Source: Mycobacterium sp.
GTDB lineage: Bacteria; Actinomycetota; Actinomycetes; Mycobacteriales; Mycobacteriaceae
Length of the DNA: 46,994 bases
Reading direction: 5' to 3'
NCBI GenBank assembly: GCA_003165155.1
Contig: PLSK01000251.1
Coordinates: 1 to 46,994, forward strand
Part shown: piece by piece, positions 26,405 through 35,686 of the stretch
Numbering within the stretch: the stretch's first letter is position 1
Layout: each line of letters begins with the position of its first letter
Notes under the pieces: model-generated
The model's database searches: none
What the model was told of the DNA's origin: nothing
What the model saw: the letters and a program-made list of their open reading frames with translations, nothing else
Program-made: the position numbers and the translations under genes

Positions 26405-27601
26405 ATGAGCACGGTTGCCTTACCCGCCTTCGACCGATACGACCCCCTCGGGCTCGATGCCTCGCTGTCGAGCGACGAGATCGCGGTGCGCGACACCGTC
26501 AGAAAGTTCTGCGCCGAACACGTCACCCCGCACGTCGCCGAATGGTTCGAAATCGGCGACCTTCCGGTCCGCCAACTCGGGAAGCAGTTCGGCGAACTCG
26601 GCCTGCTCGGTATGCACCTGGACGGCTACGGATGCGGCGGGGCATCGGCGGTGCACTACGGCCTGGCGTGCGTTGAACTAGAGGCGGCCGACTCCGGCCT
26701 TCGGTCGATGGTCTCGGTGCAGGGGTCGCTGGCGATGTTCGCGATCTGGAACTTCGGCTCCGAGGAGCAGAAGCAACAATGGCTGCCCGGCATGGCCACC
26801 GGCGAACTGCTCGGCTGCTTCGGGCTGACCGAGCCCGATGTCGGATCCGATCCCGCCGCGATGAAAACCCGGGCCCGACGCGATGGTTCCGATTGGGTGC
26901 TCAACGGCCGCAAGATGTGGATCACCAACGGATCGGTCGCCGATGTCGCCGTAGTGTGGGCCGCCATCGACGACGACGGAGGCCGCGGAATTCGGGGCTT
27001 CCTGGTCCCAACGGGCGCAGCAGGTTTCACCGCCAACACCATCCACCACAAGCTGTCGCTGCGGGCATCGATCACCAGCGAGCTGGTGCTCGACGACGTA
27101 CGGTTGCCCGCGGACGCGATGCTGCCCGACGCGAAGGGTCTCAAAGGGCCGCTGTCCTGCTTGTCCGAGGCGCGCTACGGAATCATCTGGGGATCCATGG
27201 GAGCGGCCCGGTCGGCCTGGCAATCCGCGCTCGACTACGCGACGCAGCGCACCCAATTCGGCCGTCCGATCGCCGGATTCCAGTTGACCCAGGCAAAACT
27301 GGTCGACATGGCGGTGGAACTTCACAAGGGGCAGCTGCTGTCGCTGCACCTGGGGCGCCTTAAGGACAGCGTCGGACTGCGTCCCGAACAGGTCAGCTTC
27401 GGCAAGCTCAACAACACCCGTGAGGCGATCAAAATCTGCCGAACCGCTCGAACGATATTGGGCGGCAACGGGATATCGCTGGAGTACCCGATAATCCGGC
27501 ACATGGTGAACCTGGAGTCGGTGCTGACTTACGAGGGCACACCGGAGATGCATCAACTGATTCTCGGCCAGGCTTTCACCGGTAGCGACGCTTTCCGATG
27601 A
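26405..27601 (+). CDS. fadE7: Acyl-CoA dehydrogenase (glutaryl-CoA dehydrogenase-like)
   Basis: GCFGLTEPDVGSDP, NGRKMWITNG, KLSLRAS, LGGNGI, TYEGT. Confidence 0.9.
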   Translation: MSTVALPAFDRYDPLGLDASLSSDEIAVRDTVRKFCAEHVTPHVAEWFEIGDLPVRQLGKQFGELGLLGMHLDGYGCGGASAVHYGLACVELEAADSGLRSMVSVQGSLAMFAIWNFGSEEQKQQWLPGMATGELLGCFGLTEPDVGSDPAAMKTRARRDGSDWVLNGRKMWITNGSVADVAVVWAAIDDDGGRGIRGFLVPTGAAGFTANTIHHKLSLRASITSELVLDDVRLPADAMLPDAKGLKGPLSCLSEARYGIIWGSMGAARSAWQSALDYATQRTQFGRPIAGFQLTQAKLVDMAVELHKGQLLSLHLGRLKDSVGLRPEQVSFGKLNNTREAIKICRTARTILGGNGISLEYPIIRHMVNLESVLTYEGTPEMHQLILGQAFTGSDAFR

Positions 27602-28221
27602 CAGGAGTCTCGATGCTCAATTCGTACGCACGCCTTGCGGCCTGCTGGCTATGCCTGTTCGCTGTGGTCGGGATGCCCGTGGCAGCGGCCGATCCCGTCA
27701 CCCTGCCCCCGATGACATCCAGCGGTGGCGGCCCGATCATCGGCGGCGGAAGCAATGCGGCGGTCTCGCAACAGTTGTTCAGCTTCGGCAGTTCCAATGT
27801 CCAGGAGGTGGACGGCTCGGACGCGGCCGGATTCATCACAGCTGCAGCCGCGGTCGCCAACCCGCAGCTGGCCGCCCCGTTCTCGCCGCTGCGCCGCGCG
27901 TTGGGATGCCAGAACAACAACGCCGGATTCGGCGCGCGGACCTACCGACGGACTGACGGGCAGTGGGGAGGCGGGATGCTGGTCATCGCCAAGAGCAGCG
28001 TGCCGAGCATCGATACACTGACCGCCTGCGAAATGACCAATTGGCATCGACCTTCGGCCGGTGGGCAAAATTTGATGTGCGCCAGCGGATATGTCTACCC
28101 CAACGACTACAACAGCCGCCGCAGCAGCGAGGGTTATTTCGTCTTGATCGCCGGTACCGACCAGGATTTCTGCACTGCGGTCAATGGGAAATTCAAGACC
28201 AACTCGAGCGGGTGGCCGTGA
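27598..28221 (+). CDS. Secreted protein, Rv0398c-like
   Basis: Signal peptide, then LPPMTSSG, QQLFSFG, GFGARTYRRTDGQWGG; ATG overlaps the fadE7 stop. Confidence 0.8.
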   Translation: MTGVSMLNSYARLAACWLCLFAVVGMPVAAADPVTLPPMTSSGGGPIIGGGSNAAVSQQLFSFGSSNVQEVDGSDAAGFITAAAAVANPQLAAPFSPLRRALGCQNNNAGFGARTYRRTDGQWGGGMLVIAKSSVPSIDTLTACEMTNWHRPSAGGQNLMCASGYVYPNDYNSRRSSEGYFVLIAGTDQDFCTAVNGKFKTNSSGWP

Positions 28222-28222
28222 G

Positions 28223-29707
28223 CTAAAAGGGCGGTGGTTCGTCGTCGGGTGAGGGTGTGTGTTGTGCGGCTTGGTATGCGGCTTGTCTGCGTTTCCGGTT
28301 GTGGCTTCGTTCGGTGGCTACGCGTTGGGCGCGGTCTTGGGCGCGGGTGCGTCGGCGTTTGGGCATCATCGCGGCGCGGTCGGGGCTGTAGGCGATGCGG
28401 TGATGGGTGTGGACGGCGGGCATCCCGGCGACCGGGGTGCACAGGTTGGGGAACAGCAGGGCGCTGCCCGGGGTGGTGACATAGGTGTGTTTGGTCGGTG
28501 AGGTCAGGATCAGGGTGCCATCAGGCAGTTGTTGTTCGCCCCAGTCGTAGAACGTCTTCACCAAATGATGTGTACGGCAATAACACTTGAGATTGGCCAC
28601 ATGCGTAGGGCCGCCCTCAGAGTAGGGAATCGTATGGTCCACATCGCAATCGTGTGCGGGGTGATCACAGCCCGGCCAGCGACACGTCAGATCGCGACAA
28701 CGCACGAAATCAGCCAACGCCTTCGAAGGGGTATAGCGGGGTTCGGGTGGACTGTCACCGGGATGGATCAAGGGTACGAGTTTCGCGGTGCCCGCCAGCT
28801 CGGCGACCACTTCCGGCGGGATCAACCCGTCCGCGCCGATCTCGGACCCCGGCGCGGTACCGCCGGTCAGGGTGGACTGCTCGGCGATCACATGAATCAC
28901 CACCGGGGAAGCCGGCGGACGCGCCCAGGCCGCACAATCCGGTCGATCGCAGCGGCAGCCCAACCGGTCCGCCCCGGCAGCCAACGCCCCCAACGCATCA
29001 GCGCGGCGCTGATCGCGGGTACGGGGGTCGTGCGGGCAGACCGTGGCCGCCAACGCGGTGAGCCGTTCGTCTAGGGCCATCCCGTCGGGCTGCAGCAGAG
29101 TGCCCGACAGCTCGCACAGCCCGTCGGTCCGCACATTGATGCAGACCTGACGATCAGCCTGGTATTGGATGCGTTCGCGCAGCGCATCGCGGTCGGCTTT
29201 GACCACAATCTTGTCGATCGCACCCGCGAGCCGCCCGCGGCTCATCGAGGGCCAGCGCGCCACATTGGCCGCCAACTGTGAATCCACGGTGGCCATCAGC
29301 GCGGGGTCCTCGATCAGATCGGTGCGAAACACGATGGTCTGAAACATCCGGAAATCGATATCCCCGGCCTGAAAAACGTCACCCACCTTCGGCAGGCGTT
29401 CGCGCATCGCCCGGGCATACCGCAACCGACTCGCGGCCAGCCCTTGGCTGATCCGCAACGCCGCACCCACCTCAGCAGTCACCGCCTCCACGGTGTCAAT
29501 CGCCCAGTCCTCAGTCTCCGAACACCGCGACAACCGATACCCGAACAACTCCCCGACCGCGACCAACTGCGCGGCCGCCGCCCGATTCTCGACACGGGTG
29601 GCCGCACACATCCGCTCCACCAACGCCGCCGACTCCTCGGTCGTCGACGGACAATGGCGCTCCGAGCTGTCGGCAATCACCGCGGAGAACGCATCGGGAT
29701 CGAACAT
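28223..29707 (-). CDS. DUF222 + HNH endonuclease (REP13E12 family)
   Basis: MFD start, RTRDQRRADALGAL, FVRCRDLTCRWPGCD, CDVDHTIPY, NLKCYCRTHHLVKT, C-terminal DEPPPF. Confidence 0.92.
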   Translation of the reverse strand: MFDPDAFSAVIADSSERHCPSTTEESAALVERMCAATRVENRAAAAQLVAVGELFGYRLSRCSETEDWAIDTVEAVTAEVGAALRISQGLAASRLRYARAMRERLPKVGDVFQAGDIDFRMFQTIVFRTDLIEDPALMATVDSQLAANVARWPSMSRGRLAGAIDKIVVKADRDALRERIQYQADRQVCINVRTDGLCELSGTLLQPDGMALDERLTALAATVCPHDPRTRDQRRADALGALAAGADRLGCRCDRPDCAAWARPPASPVVIHVIAEQSTLTGGTAPGSEIGADGLIPPEVVAELAGTAKLVPLIHPGDSPPEPRYTPSKALADFVRCRDLTCRWPGCDHPAHDCDVDHTIPYSEGGPTHVANLKCYCRTHHLVKTFYDWGEQQLPDGTLILTSPTKHTYVTTPGSALLFPNLCTPVAGMPAVHTHHRIAYSPDRAAMMPKRRRTRAQDRAQRVATERSHNRKRRQAAYQAAQHTPSPDDEPPPF

Positions 29708-29715
29708 ACATTCGA
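29700..29715. promoter_or_regulatory. LexA SOS-box-like palindrome over the HNH gene start codon
   Basis: TCGAAC-ATAC-ATTCGA; one mismatch to the mycobacterial consensus TCGAAC-N4-GTTCGA. Confidence 0.65.
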
Positions 29716-29736
29716 GTATGCCATGACCCGCCGACA
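29715..29736 (-). promoter_or_regulatory. PafBC-type (RecA-NDp) DNA-damage promoter
   Basis: Minus strand TGTCGG-N10-CATACT versus consensus TGTCGG-N10-TA-N3-T; the ATG follows 7 nt after the -10 hexamer, consistent with a leaderless transcript. Confidence 0.6.
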
Positions 29737-29799
29737 CGACAGTACGACACGCAGCCGGCTCGCCGAAAAGTGGTGATACGTGCCGGGCTCACATACGAC

Positions 29800-30075
29800 A
29801 TGGGCGGCAGCGTCGGGAGTGGAACTGCCGGTCGTGGCGGCTCCGCCTTCCTCTTCGGCAACGGCGGGGCTGGCGGAGGCAACTCCGCCGGCCTGGCCGG
29901 CGACGGTGGCAACGGCGGCCTCTTCGGCAACGACGGCGCCGGTGGTTCCAGCCAGTTTGCCTATGTTGGCAATGGCGGCAACGGCGGAGACGGCGGGCAG
30001 GGCTCGACACCAAACAACGGCGGTATCGGCGGCAAACGCGGGCTGCTATTCGGTACCCCCGGCCAAAACGGATAG
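29800..30075 (+). pseudogene. Orphan PGRS-like glycine-rich C-terminal fragment with no PE domain
   Basis: LFGNGGAGG, GDGGNGGLFGN, GNGGNGGDGG, GGKRGLLFGTPGQNG* are typical PGRS repeats and terminus. Confidence 0.65.
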
Positions 30076-30078
30076 GGC

Positions 30079-31299
30079 TTAGCTCAGCGCCTGGTCGATG
30101 TCCGCGATCAGGTCGTCGGTGCCTTCCAGCCCGACGGAGATGCGGACGACGCCGTCACCGAGCCCGATCGCGGCGCGCCCCTCCGGTCCCATCGCCCGGT
30201 GCGTTGTGGTCGCGGGATGTGTGACAAGCGATTTGGCGTCGCCGAGGTTGTTGGAGATGTCGATCAACCGCAACTTGTCCAGCAGTTCGAAGGCGCGTTG
30301 CTTGGCGCGGCCTTCCGGCGCGTCGAGCTCAAAAGTGATCACCGTCCCGCCGCCCGTCATCTGGCGTTTGGCCAGCTCGTGCTGGGGGTGCGATGACAAA
30401 AAGGGGTAACGCACCCACCGCACCGCGGGGTGGCCCTCCAAGAACTCCGCGATCCGGTGCGCAGACGAGTTGCTGTAATTGACCCGAACCGCCAGCGTCT
30501 CTAGGCCTTTCAGCAAAACCCAGGCATTGAAGGCGCTCAATGCGGGGCCGGTGTGTCGCATCAACTTCTGCACCGGCCCGTCGATGTACTCCTTGGCGCC
30601 GAGGATGGCGCCACCGAGCACACGGCCCTGGCCGTCGATGTGCTTAGTGCCCGAGTACACCACCACGTCAACCCCGAGCGGAAGGCCCTGCTGCAGCAGC
30701 GGCGTAGCAAATACGTTGTCCAGCACCACTTTGGCGCCCGCCGCATGAGCGAGCTCGGTCACGGCGGCGATATCCACCAGCGACTGCATCGGGTTCGACG
30801 GCGTCTCGAAGAACACCGCCTGAGTGGGCACCGACAGCGCCCGCTCCCACTGCGACAAGTCGTCGCCATCGACGAAGACGGTCTCCACGCCCCACCGCGG
30901 CAAGATCTCGTTGCACACCACAAAGCAAGACCCAAACAGGCTGCGTGAGGCCACCAACCGGTCACCGGCGGCCAGTAGGGCGCCCAGTGAGGTGAACACC
31001 GCGGCCATACCACTCGCGGTGGCGAACGCGGCAGGAGCTCCCTCAATCAGGCGCAGCCGTTCCTCGAACATAGTCACGGTGGGGTTGCCGTACCGCGAAT
31101 ACACGAAGTGGTCCAGCTCGCCGGTGAACGACTGCTCCGCAACGGCTGCCGACTCGTAGACATAGCCGGACGTCAGAAACATCGCCTCGGCGGTCTCGTC
31201 GAACCCGGACCGCAACAGTCCCCCGCGCACGCCGATGGTGGCCTGGCTGACGCCGTCGGGCAGCGCCTTCGGGGTGCGGACCGAGGGGTCGTCAGTCAT
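30079..31299 (-). CDS. metZ: O-succinylhomoserine sulfhydrylase
   Basis: YSRYGNPTV, ATASGMAA, ETPSNP, DNVFATP, YSGTKH (PLP lysine), SNNLGDAKSL. Confidence 0.95.
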   Translation of the reverse strand: MTDDPSVRTPKALPDGVSQATIGVRGGLLRSGFDETAEAMFLTSGYVYESAAVAEQSFTGELDHFVYSRYGNPTVTMFEERLRLIEGAPAAFATASGMAAVFTSLGALLAAGDRLVASRSLFGSCFVVCNEILPRWGVETVFVDGDDLSQWERALSVPTQAVFFETPSNPMQSLVDIAAVTELAHAAGAKVVLDNVFATPLLQQGLPLGVDVVVYSGTKHIDGQGRVLGGAILGAKEYIDGPVQKLMRHTGPALSAFNAWVLLKGLETLAVRVNYSNSSAHRIAEFLEGHPAVRWVRYPFLSSHPQHELAKRQMTGGGTVITFELDAPEGRAKQRAFELLDKLRLIDISNNLGDAKSLVTHPATTTHRAMGPEGRAAIGLGDGVVRISVGLEGTDDLIADIDQALS

Positions 31300-31306
31300 C
31301 CCTGTT

Positions 31307-31732
31307 TCATCCCTGTTTCCAGGGCAATCCGACTGCCCGCCAACCAGTTTCCCCGCGGTGACCATTGGCGTCGAGATTACCTTCGAAGCCGTCCAGCACG
31401 TTGTAGGCCGGCGCTATGCCCGCCTCAGTCGCGACCACGGCGGCACCGATAGAGCGGTTACCCGAGCGACACAGGAACACCACCGGCCGCTCGTCCCCAC
31501 CGCCTTCTACCGGCGCGACCTGCTCCCGCAATTCGGTGAGGAAGTTCCCATTACGTCTCCCGTCGGTGGTGTTCCACTCGATGTACACCACGTCACGCCC
31601 AAGGCTGGACAAGTCGGGTACCCCGACGAACCGCCATTCGGCGTCGGTGCGCACATCGACCAACACCGCCTCGGGGTTGTCGCTGAGTAGCTTCCATGCG
31701 TCCAGTGGCGTGATATCTCCTGCGTACTCCAC
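31307..31732 (-). CDS. Rhodanese-like protein (Rv0390-like)
   Basis: LVDVRTDAEW, FLCRSGNRS active-site loop, LDGFEG, GW...GLPW. Confidence 0.92.
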   Translation of the reverse strand: MEYAGDITPLDAWKLLSDNPEAVLVDVRTDAEWRFVGVPDLSSLGRDVVYIEWNTTDGRRNGNFLTELREQVAPVEGGGDERPVVFLCRSGNRSIGAAVVATEAGIAPAYNVLDGFEGNLDANGHRGETGWRAVGLPWKQG

Positions 31733-31779
31733 GGCTAAGCAGCTTACTGCCAGTGCCCCTGGGGCCGAACCGGCCTCGC

Positions 31780-32445
31780 TCAAGCAGGCAATCCGGCCTT
31801 GACGGCCGCATCCTGCTTGCGTGCGATATCGAGAACGAAGTCCGGTTTCAGCGGATCGTTGCCCGGGTTGAAGAACTCGATTTGAACGAAAGCGTTGCCC
31901 TCGCTGAACGCCAACCTCGCCCGAGACTTGGAGCCGTCGGAGTTGGACCCTATTGCCATCGCGCCGCCAGTGCCCACGTCGGCCGGAATAGCCGTTCCTC
32001 CAACAAGTGTGAATCCCATGTTTGGGTCAGCAATGGCCGGGGCGATCTGATCGTGTTCCTTTGCCGCCATGGTGGCGTCGGGATAGACGTGGATTATGAC
32101 GTCGACTTCACGAGTGGGGCCATTAACGTCGACAGAGGCGCTAGCAAACGTACCGGTAACCCCCGCCGGGTCGGTACTTGGCTTCGTTGACGCCAGAGTG
32201 AAGGTGTCGCCTGGCACGACGATGTCAGTGGGCTTGATCAGCAAATTGCCGTATTCCGAAGGCTGGGCAGCACCGCTGCTCGATGTCGGTGCCGCCGACG
32301 ACGACGCGGAGGAAGTCGACGTCGGCGATGACGTTGTCGACGGTTGGGTCGACGACTTGTTACTTCCGCACCCGGCAACCGCCACACCAGCCACCAGCAT
32401 GCTCGCCCCCAAGCCGGCTGCCATCACCGATGTCTTCATCACCAT
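31780..32445 (-). CDS. Putative lipoprotein with Ser/Thr-rich linker, function unknown
   Basis: VAGC lipobox, STTSSPTSTSSASSS linker, AGGAG Shine-Dalgarno upstream. Confidence 0.75.
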   Translation of the reverse strand: MVMKTSVMAAGLGASMLVAGVAVAGCGSNKSSTQPSTTSSPTSTSSASSSAAPTSSSGAAQPSEYGNLLIKPTDIVVPGDTFTLASTKPSTDPAGVTGTFASASVDVNGPTREVDVIIHVYPDATMAAKEHDQIAPAIADPNMGFTLVGGTAIPADVGTGGAMAIGSNSDGSKSRARLAFSEGNAFVQIEFFNPGNDPLKPDFVLDIARKQDAAVKAGLPA

Positions 32446-32481
32446 TGACTCCTTGAGGTGTGACCGCGATTAACGCGTAGC

Positions 32482-33648
32482 TCAACCGCGTGAGTCTGGC
32501 ACATTGAGCGCGGCCGCCACCTCTCGGGCGCGGTCGCGGGCAGTGTCCAGATCTGGCCCAGTAGCCAGCGCCACACCTCCCCCATGGGGCCCGAACACCT
32601 GAACATCGCTTTCCGGCACACCGAGTGCGCGAGTCAGCGCTGCTGCACTCGGGGCGGCCCAGCCCGGGCCAATCGGACACGCGGCGCCGGGTGAAATCAT
32701 CACGGTGTCCACCGGCAGGCCCAGGATGGCGCGGGCCTGCAATTCGAACACCGAAAGTCGCTGGCTGCATGTGGTGACCCAGGCACTATCTCCCGGGCCC
32801 GCCGTTACGCCGGCGAAGTACACCTCATCGCCGTTGATCATCAACTCGATGCCGAAGATGCCGCGTCCACCGAGCGCTTTGACGGTGCGCGCAGCTATCG
32901 ACTTGGCGGCATCCAGCGCCGCCGCGCTCATTTTCTGCGGCTGCCAGGATTCCAGCACCTCGCCGTCGGCGTCGCGATGACCGATGGGTGCGCAAAACTC
33001 GATCACCGGCCCGTCGGGGCCGTCGCTGCGTACGGCGAGCAGGGTGACAAAAGCCTCGACCTCGACCACCGTTTCAGCCAACACACGCAGATGCGCCGTA
33101 CCTGAACCAGACCCGACGGCACGTTGCCAGGCGGCCTCGACATCCTCGGGGCCCGCGACCACCGACTGGCCCACCAGCAGCGGATACCCGGCGTGGGCCG
33201 CGACCGACTTGAGTTCGCCGACCGAGCCGACGAACCAGAACGGCGCGGTGGGCAGGCCGAGTTGATCGGCGGCGAGCCTGCGCAGGCCCTCCCGGTCGGC
33301 GGTGATGCGGACGCTGCGTGCACTGGGCACCAGCTCGATGACGTCGTGGTCAGGGCCGGCGGCGAGCGCGTCGAGGGCATTCACCGAGATCACATCGGCC
33401 AGGCTCACCACGAAATCCGGGTGCATTTCGTCGATCAACGCCCTGAGCTCGGCCACCCCGTGCGCGGGCGCACCCGGGTGATCGTCGACGGCGATCACCT
33501 CGGCACCCAGACGCTGCAAGGCGACTGCCAGCTGCCGGGCGAACTCATCCGCGCCCAGCAGCATCACCCGAGGCCTGGCTTCAGCGGCTTGGGTGGCTTG
33601 GGTGGCTTCGGCGGCGGCGTGCCGTCCCTCGGTCAAGCCGTCAGTCAT
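32482..33648 (-). CDS. purT: PurT-like ATP-grasp protein (degenerate)
   Basis: RVMLLG..F.RQLA, GAPAH, DREGLRRLAADQLGLPT, ESWQPQ, GIFGIEL; apparent internal deletions. Confidence 0.8.
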   Translation of the reverse strand: MTDGLTEGRHAAAEATQATQAAEARPRVMLLGADEFARQLAVALQRLGAEVIAVDDHPGAPAHGVAELRALIDEMHPDFVVSLADVISVNALDALAAGPDHDVIELVPSARSVRITADREGLRRLAADQLGLPTAPFWFVGSVGELKSVAAHAGYPLLVGQSVVAGPEDVEAAWQRAVGSGSGTAHLRVLAETVVEVEAFVTLLAVRSDGPDGPVIEFCAPIGHRDADGEVLESWQPQKMSAAALDAAKSIAARTVKALGGRGIFGIELMINGDEVYFAGVTAGPGDSAWVTTCSQRLSVFELQARAILGLPVDTVMISPGAACPIGPGWAAPSAAALTRALGVPESDVQVFGPHGGGVALATGPDLDTARDRAREVAAALNVPDSRG

Positions 33649-33683
33649 TCCTGCATGCTACGAGCCGTCGGCGATCCGGCGGC

Positions 33684-34310
33684 TCAGGGCTGGCCAGCGA
33701 GCAACCGCACCATCAGCCCGTTGCCCTCGGCCAACACGGTGTCGTCGCTGTCGACCAGTTCCGCGGAAACAAACGCCTTGCGTCCCTCGGTTCTGGTTAC
33801 CCGGCCGCGAATCGCCAACGGCGTGTCGATGGGGGTGATTTTGCGGTAATCGACATGCAGGAATGCCGTCCGGCTTATCGGACGGCCCGCGGCGTGCGAA
33901 ATCATGCCGAACATGTGGTCAAACAGCAGCGGCAGAACACCGCCGTGCACCGCCCAGTTGCCGCCGACGTGAAAGCGGGTGAAATGCCCCTCCATTTCGA
34001 CACCGTCGGGGGCGTATCGCGTCAGCATCCATGGCGGCAACAAGAGGCTGCCCATGCCGGGCAGTTCCGGCGACCGTCCGGCCGGCGCCTTCCCCTGCTC
34101 ATCGGTCTGAAACGGTGCCAGCAGATCCACCAGCTCCGCGGCGCGGTCGGCCGCGACGTCCCAGAGGGCGTCTCCGGGGTCGGCGGACACGGCAAGATCC
34201 TGCAGGCGTCGCATAGTGGCCACGAACCGGCCGAATCCAGGGCCCGGGCTGGCCGGGCCGTATTCGGGAAACCCGCCGTGGTGCCGGTACTCGGGGTCAG
34301 CATCCGTCAC
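33684..34310 (-). CDS. PaaI-family thioesterase (Rv0356c-like)
   Basis: [33 protein letters not shown]; GTG overlaps the purA stop. Confidence 0.88.
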   Translation of the reverse strand: MTDADPEYRHHGGFPEYGPASPGPGFGRFVATMRRLQDLAVSADPGDALWDVAADRAAELVDLLAPFQTDEQGKAPAGRSPELPGMGSLLLPPWMLTRYAPDGVEMEGHFTRFHVGGNWAVHGGVLPLLFDHMFGMISHAAGRPISRTAFLHVDYRKITPIDTPLAIRGRVTRTEGRKAFVSAELVDSDDTVLAEGNGLMVRLLAGQP

Positions 34311-35605
34311 GGGCGAGCCTGCAAGACATCGCGGCGCACAATGGTCTGGTCCCGCCCCGGACCGACGCCGATGCACGAAATCGGTGCGCCGGCAAGCTCT
34401 TCCAATCGCAACACATAGTCGCGCGCTTTGGCGGGCAGATCGTCGAAGTCGCGCGCGGCCGAGATGTCTTCCCACCAGCCCGGCAGTTCTTCGTAGATCG
34501 GCTCGGCGCGGGCGAGGTCACTCTGGGTCATCGGCATCTCGCCAGTGGTCGCACCGTCGATCCGATAGCCGACGCAGACCGGCACCGTTTCCAGGCTGGA
34601 CAGCACATCGAGCTTGGTCAAAAAGAAGTCGGTGATTCCGTTGACCCGGGTCGCGTAGCGGGCGATGACGGCGTCGAACCAGCCACAGCGGCGGCGCCGT
34701 CCGGTGGTGACGCCGAATTCGCTTCCGGTCTTGGACAGGTAATCGCCGTACTCGTCGAACAGCTCGGTGGGGAACGGGCCAGAGCCCACCCTGGTCGTGT
34801 ACGCCTTCAAGATTCCCAGCACGGTGGTGATCCGGGTCGGCCCGATGCCGGACCCGACGGCCGCGCCGCCCGCAGTCGGATTCGACGATGTCACATACGG
34901 ATAAGTGCCGTGATCGACGTCGAGCAGGGTGCCCTGCGAGCCTTCCAGTAACACCGTTTCGCCAGCATCCAGTGCATTATTGAGCAGCAGCCTGGTGTCG
35001 GCGATGCGATGCCGGAAGCCCGCTGCCTGGTCGAGCAGAGCCTCGACCACGTGGTCGGGCTCAAGCGCCTTGCGATTGTAGATCTTGACCAGTATCTGGT
35101 TTTTGAGTTCCAGCGATGCTTCGATTTTGTGGGCCAGCTGTTCGGGGTCGAGTACGTCGGCGACCCGAATTCCCGTACGTGCGATCTTGTCCTGGTAGCA
35201 GGGACCGATGCCACGGCCGGTGGTGCCGATCTTCTCTCTGCCCATGTAGCGCTCGGTGACCTTGTCGATGGCCACGTGGTAGGGCATCAGCAGGTGGGCG
35301 TCGGCGGAGATCAAAAGCTTCGAGGTGTCGACCCCGCGGCCTTCGAGGCCCTCCAGTTCGTTGAGCAGCACGCCCGGGTCTACCACCACACCGTTGCCGA
35401 TGACGTTGGTGACTCCGGGCGTAAGCACCCCCGACGGGATCAGATGCAGCGCGAAATTCTCGCCGGTGGGCAAGACGACGGTGTGCCCGGCGTTGTTGCC
35501 ACCCTGATAGCGCACTACCCACTGCACGCGCCCGCCAAGCAAGTCAGTGGCCTTGCCTTTGCCCTCGTCGCCCCATTGGGCGCCGATGAGGACGATTGCC
35601 GGCAT
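34307..35605 (-). CDS. purA: Adenylosuccinate synthetase
   Basis: [45 protein letters not shown]. Confidence 0.99.
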   Translation of the reverse strand: MPAIVLIGAQWGDEGKGKATDLLGGRVQWVVRYQGGNNAGHTVVLPTGENFALHLIPSGVLTPGVTNVIGNGVVVDPGVLLNELEGLEGRGVDTSKLLISADAHLLMPYHVAIDKVTERYMGREKIGTTGRGIGPCYQDKIARTGIRVADVLDPEQLAHKIEASLELKNQILVKIYNRKALEPDHVVEALLDQAAGFRHRIADTRLLLNNALDAGETVLLEGSQGTLLDVDHGTYPYVTSSNPTAGGAAVGSGIGPTRITTVLGILKAYTTRVGSGPFPTELFDEYGDYLSKTGSEFGVTTGRRRRCGWFDAVIARYATRVNGITDFFLTKLDVLSSLETVPVCVGYRIDGATTGEMPMTQSDLARAEPIYEELPGWWEDISAARDFDDLPAKARDYVLRLEELAGAPISCIGVGPGRDQTIVRRDVLQARP

Positions 35606-35686
35606 GACATGCTCCTGCCTGGTCTCGCCTGCTTATTGTGGTCCAGCCGGGGACCCACACTATCCCAGCGAATTGCGAGGAGCTTC

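Noticed and set aside
28223-29760. DUF222-HNH gene as an insertion sequence
   Set aside because: No terminal inverted repeats, target duplication or DDE/HUH motif was found by eye.
31733-31779. SAM riboswitch upstream of rhodanese-metZ
   Set aside because: Only 47 bp of spacer and no SAM-I or SAM-IV consensus.
33586-33612. 9-bp tandem repeat (ggcttgggt) near the purT 5' end
   Set aside because: In-frame Ala-Thr-Gln slippage in a variable N-terminal tail; no evidence of function.
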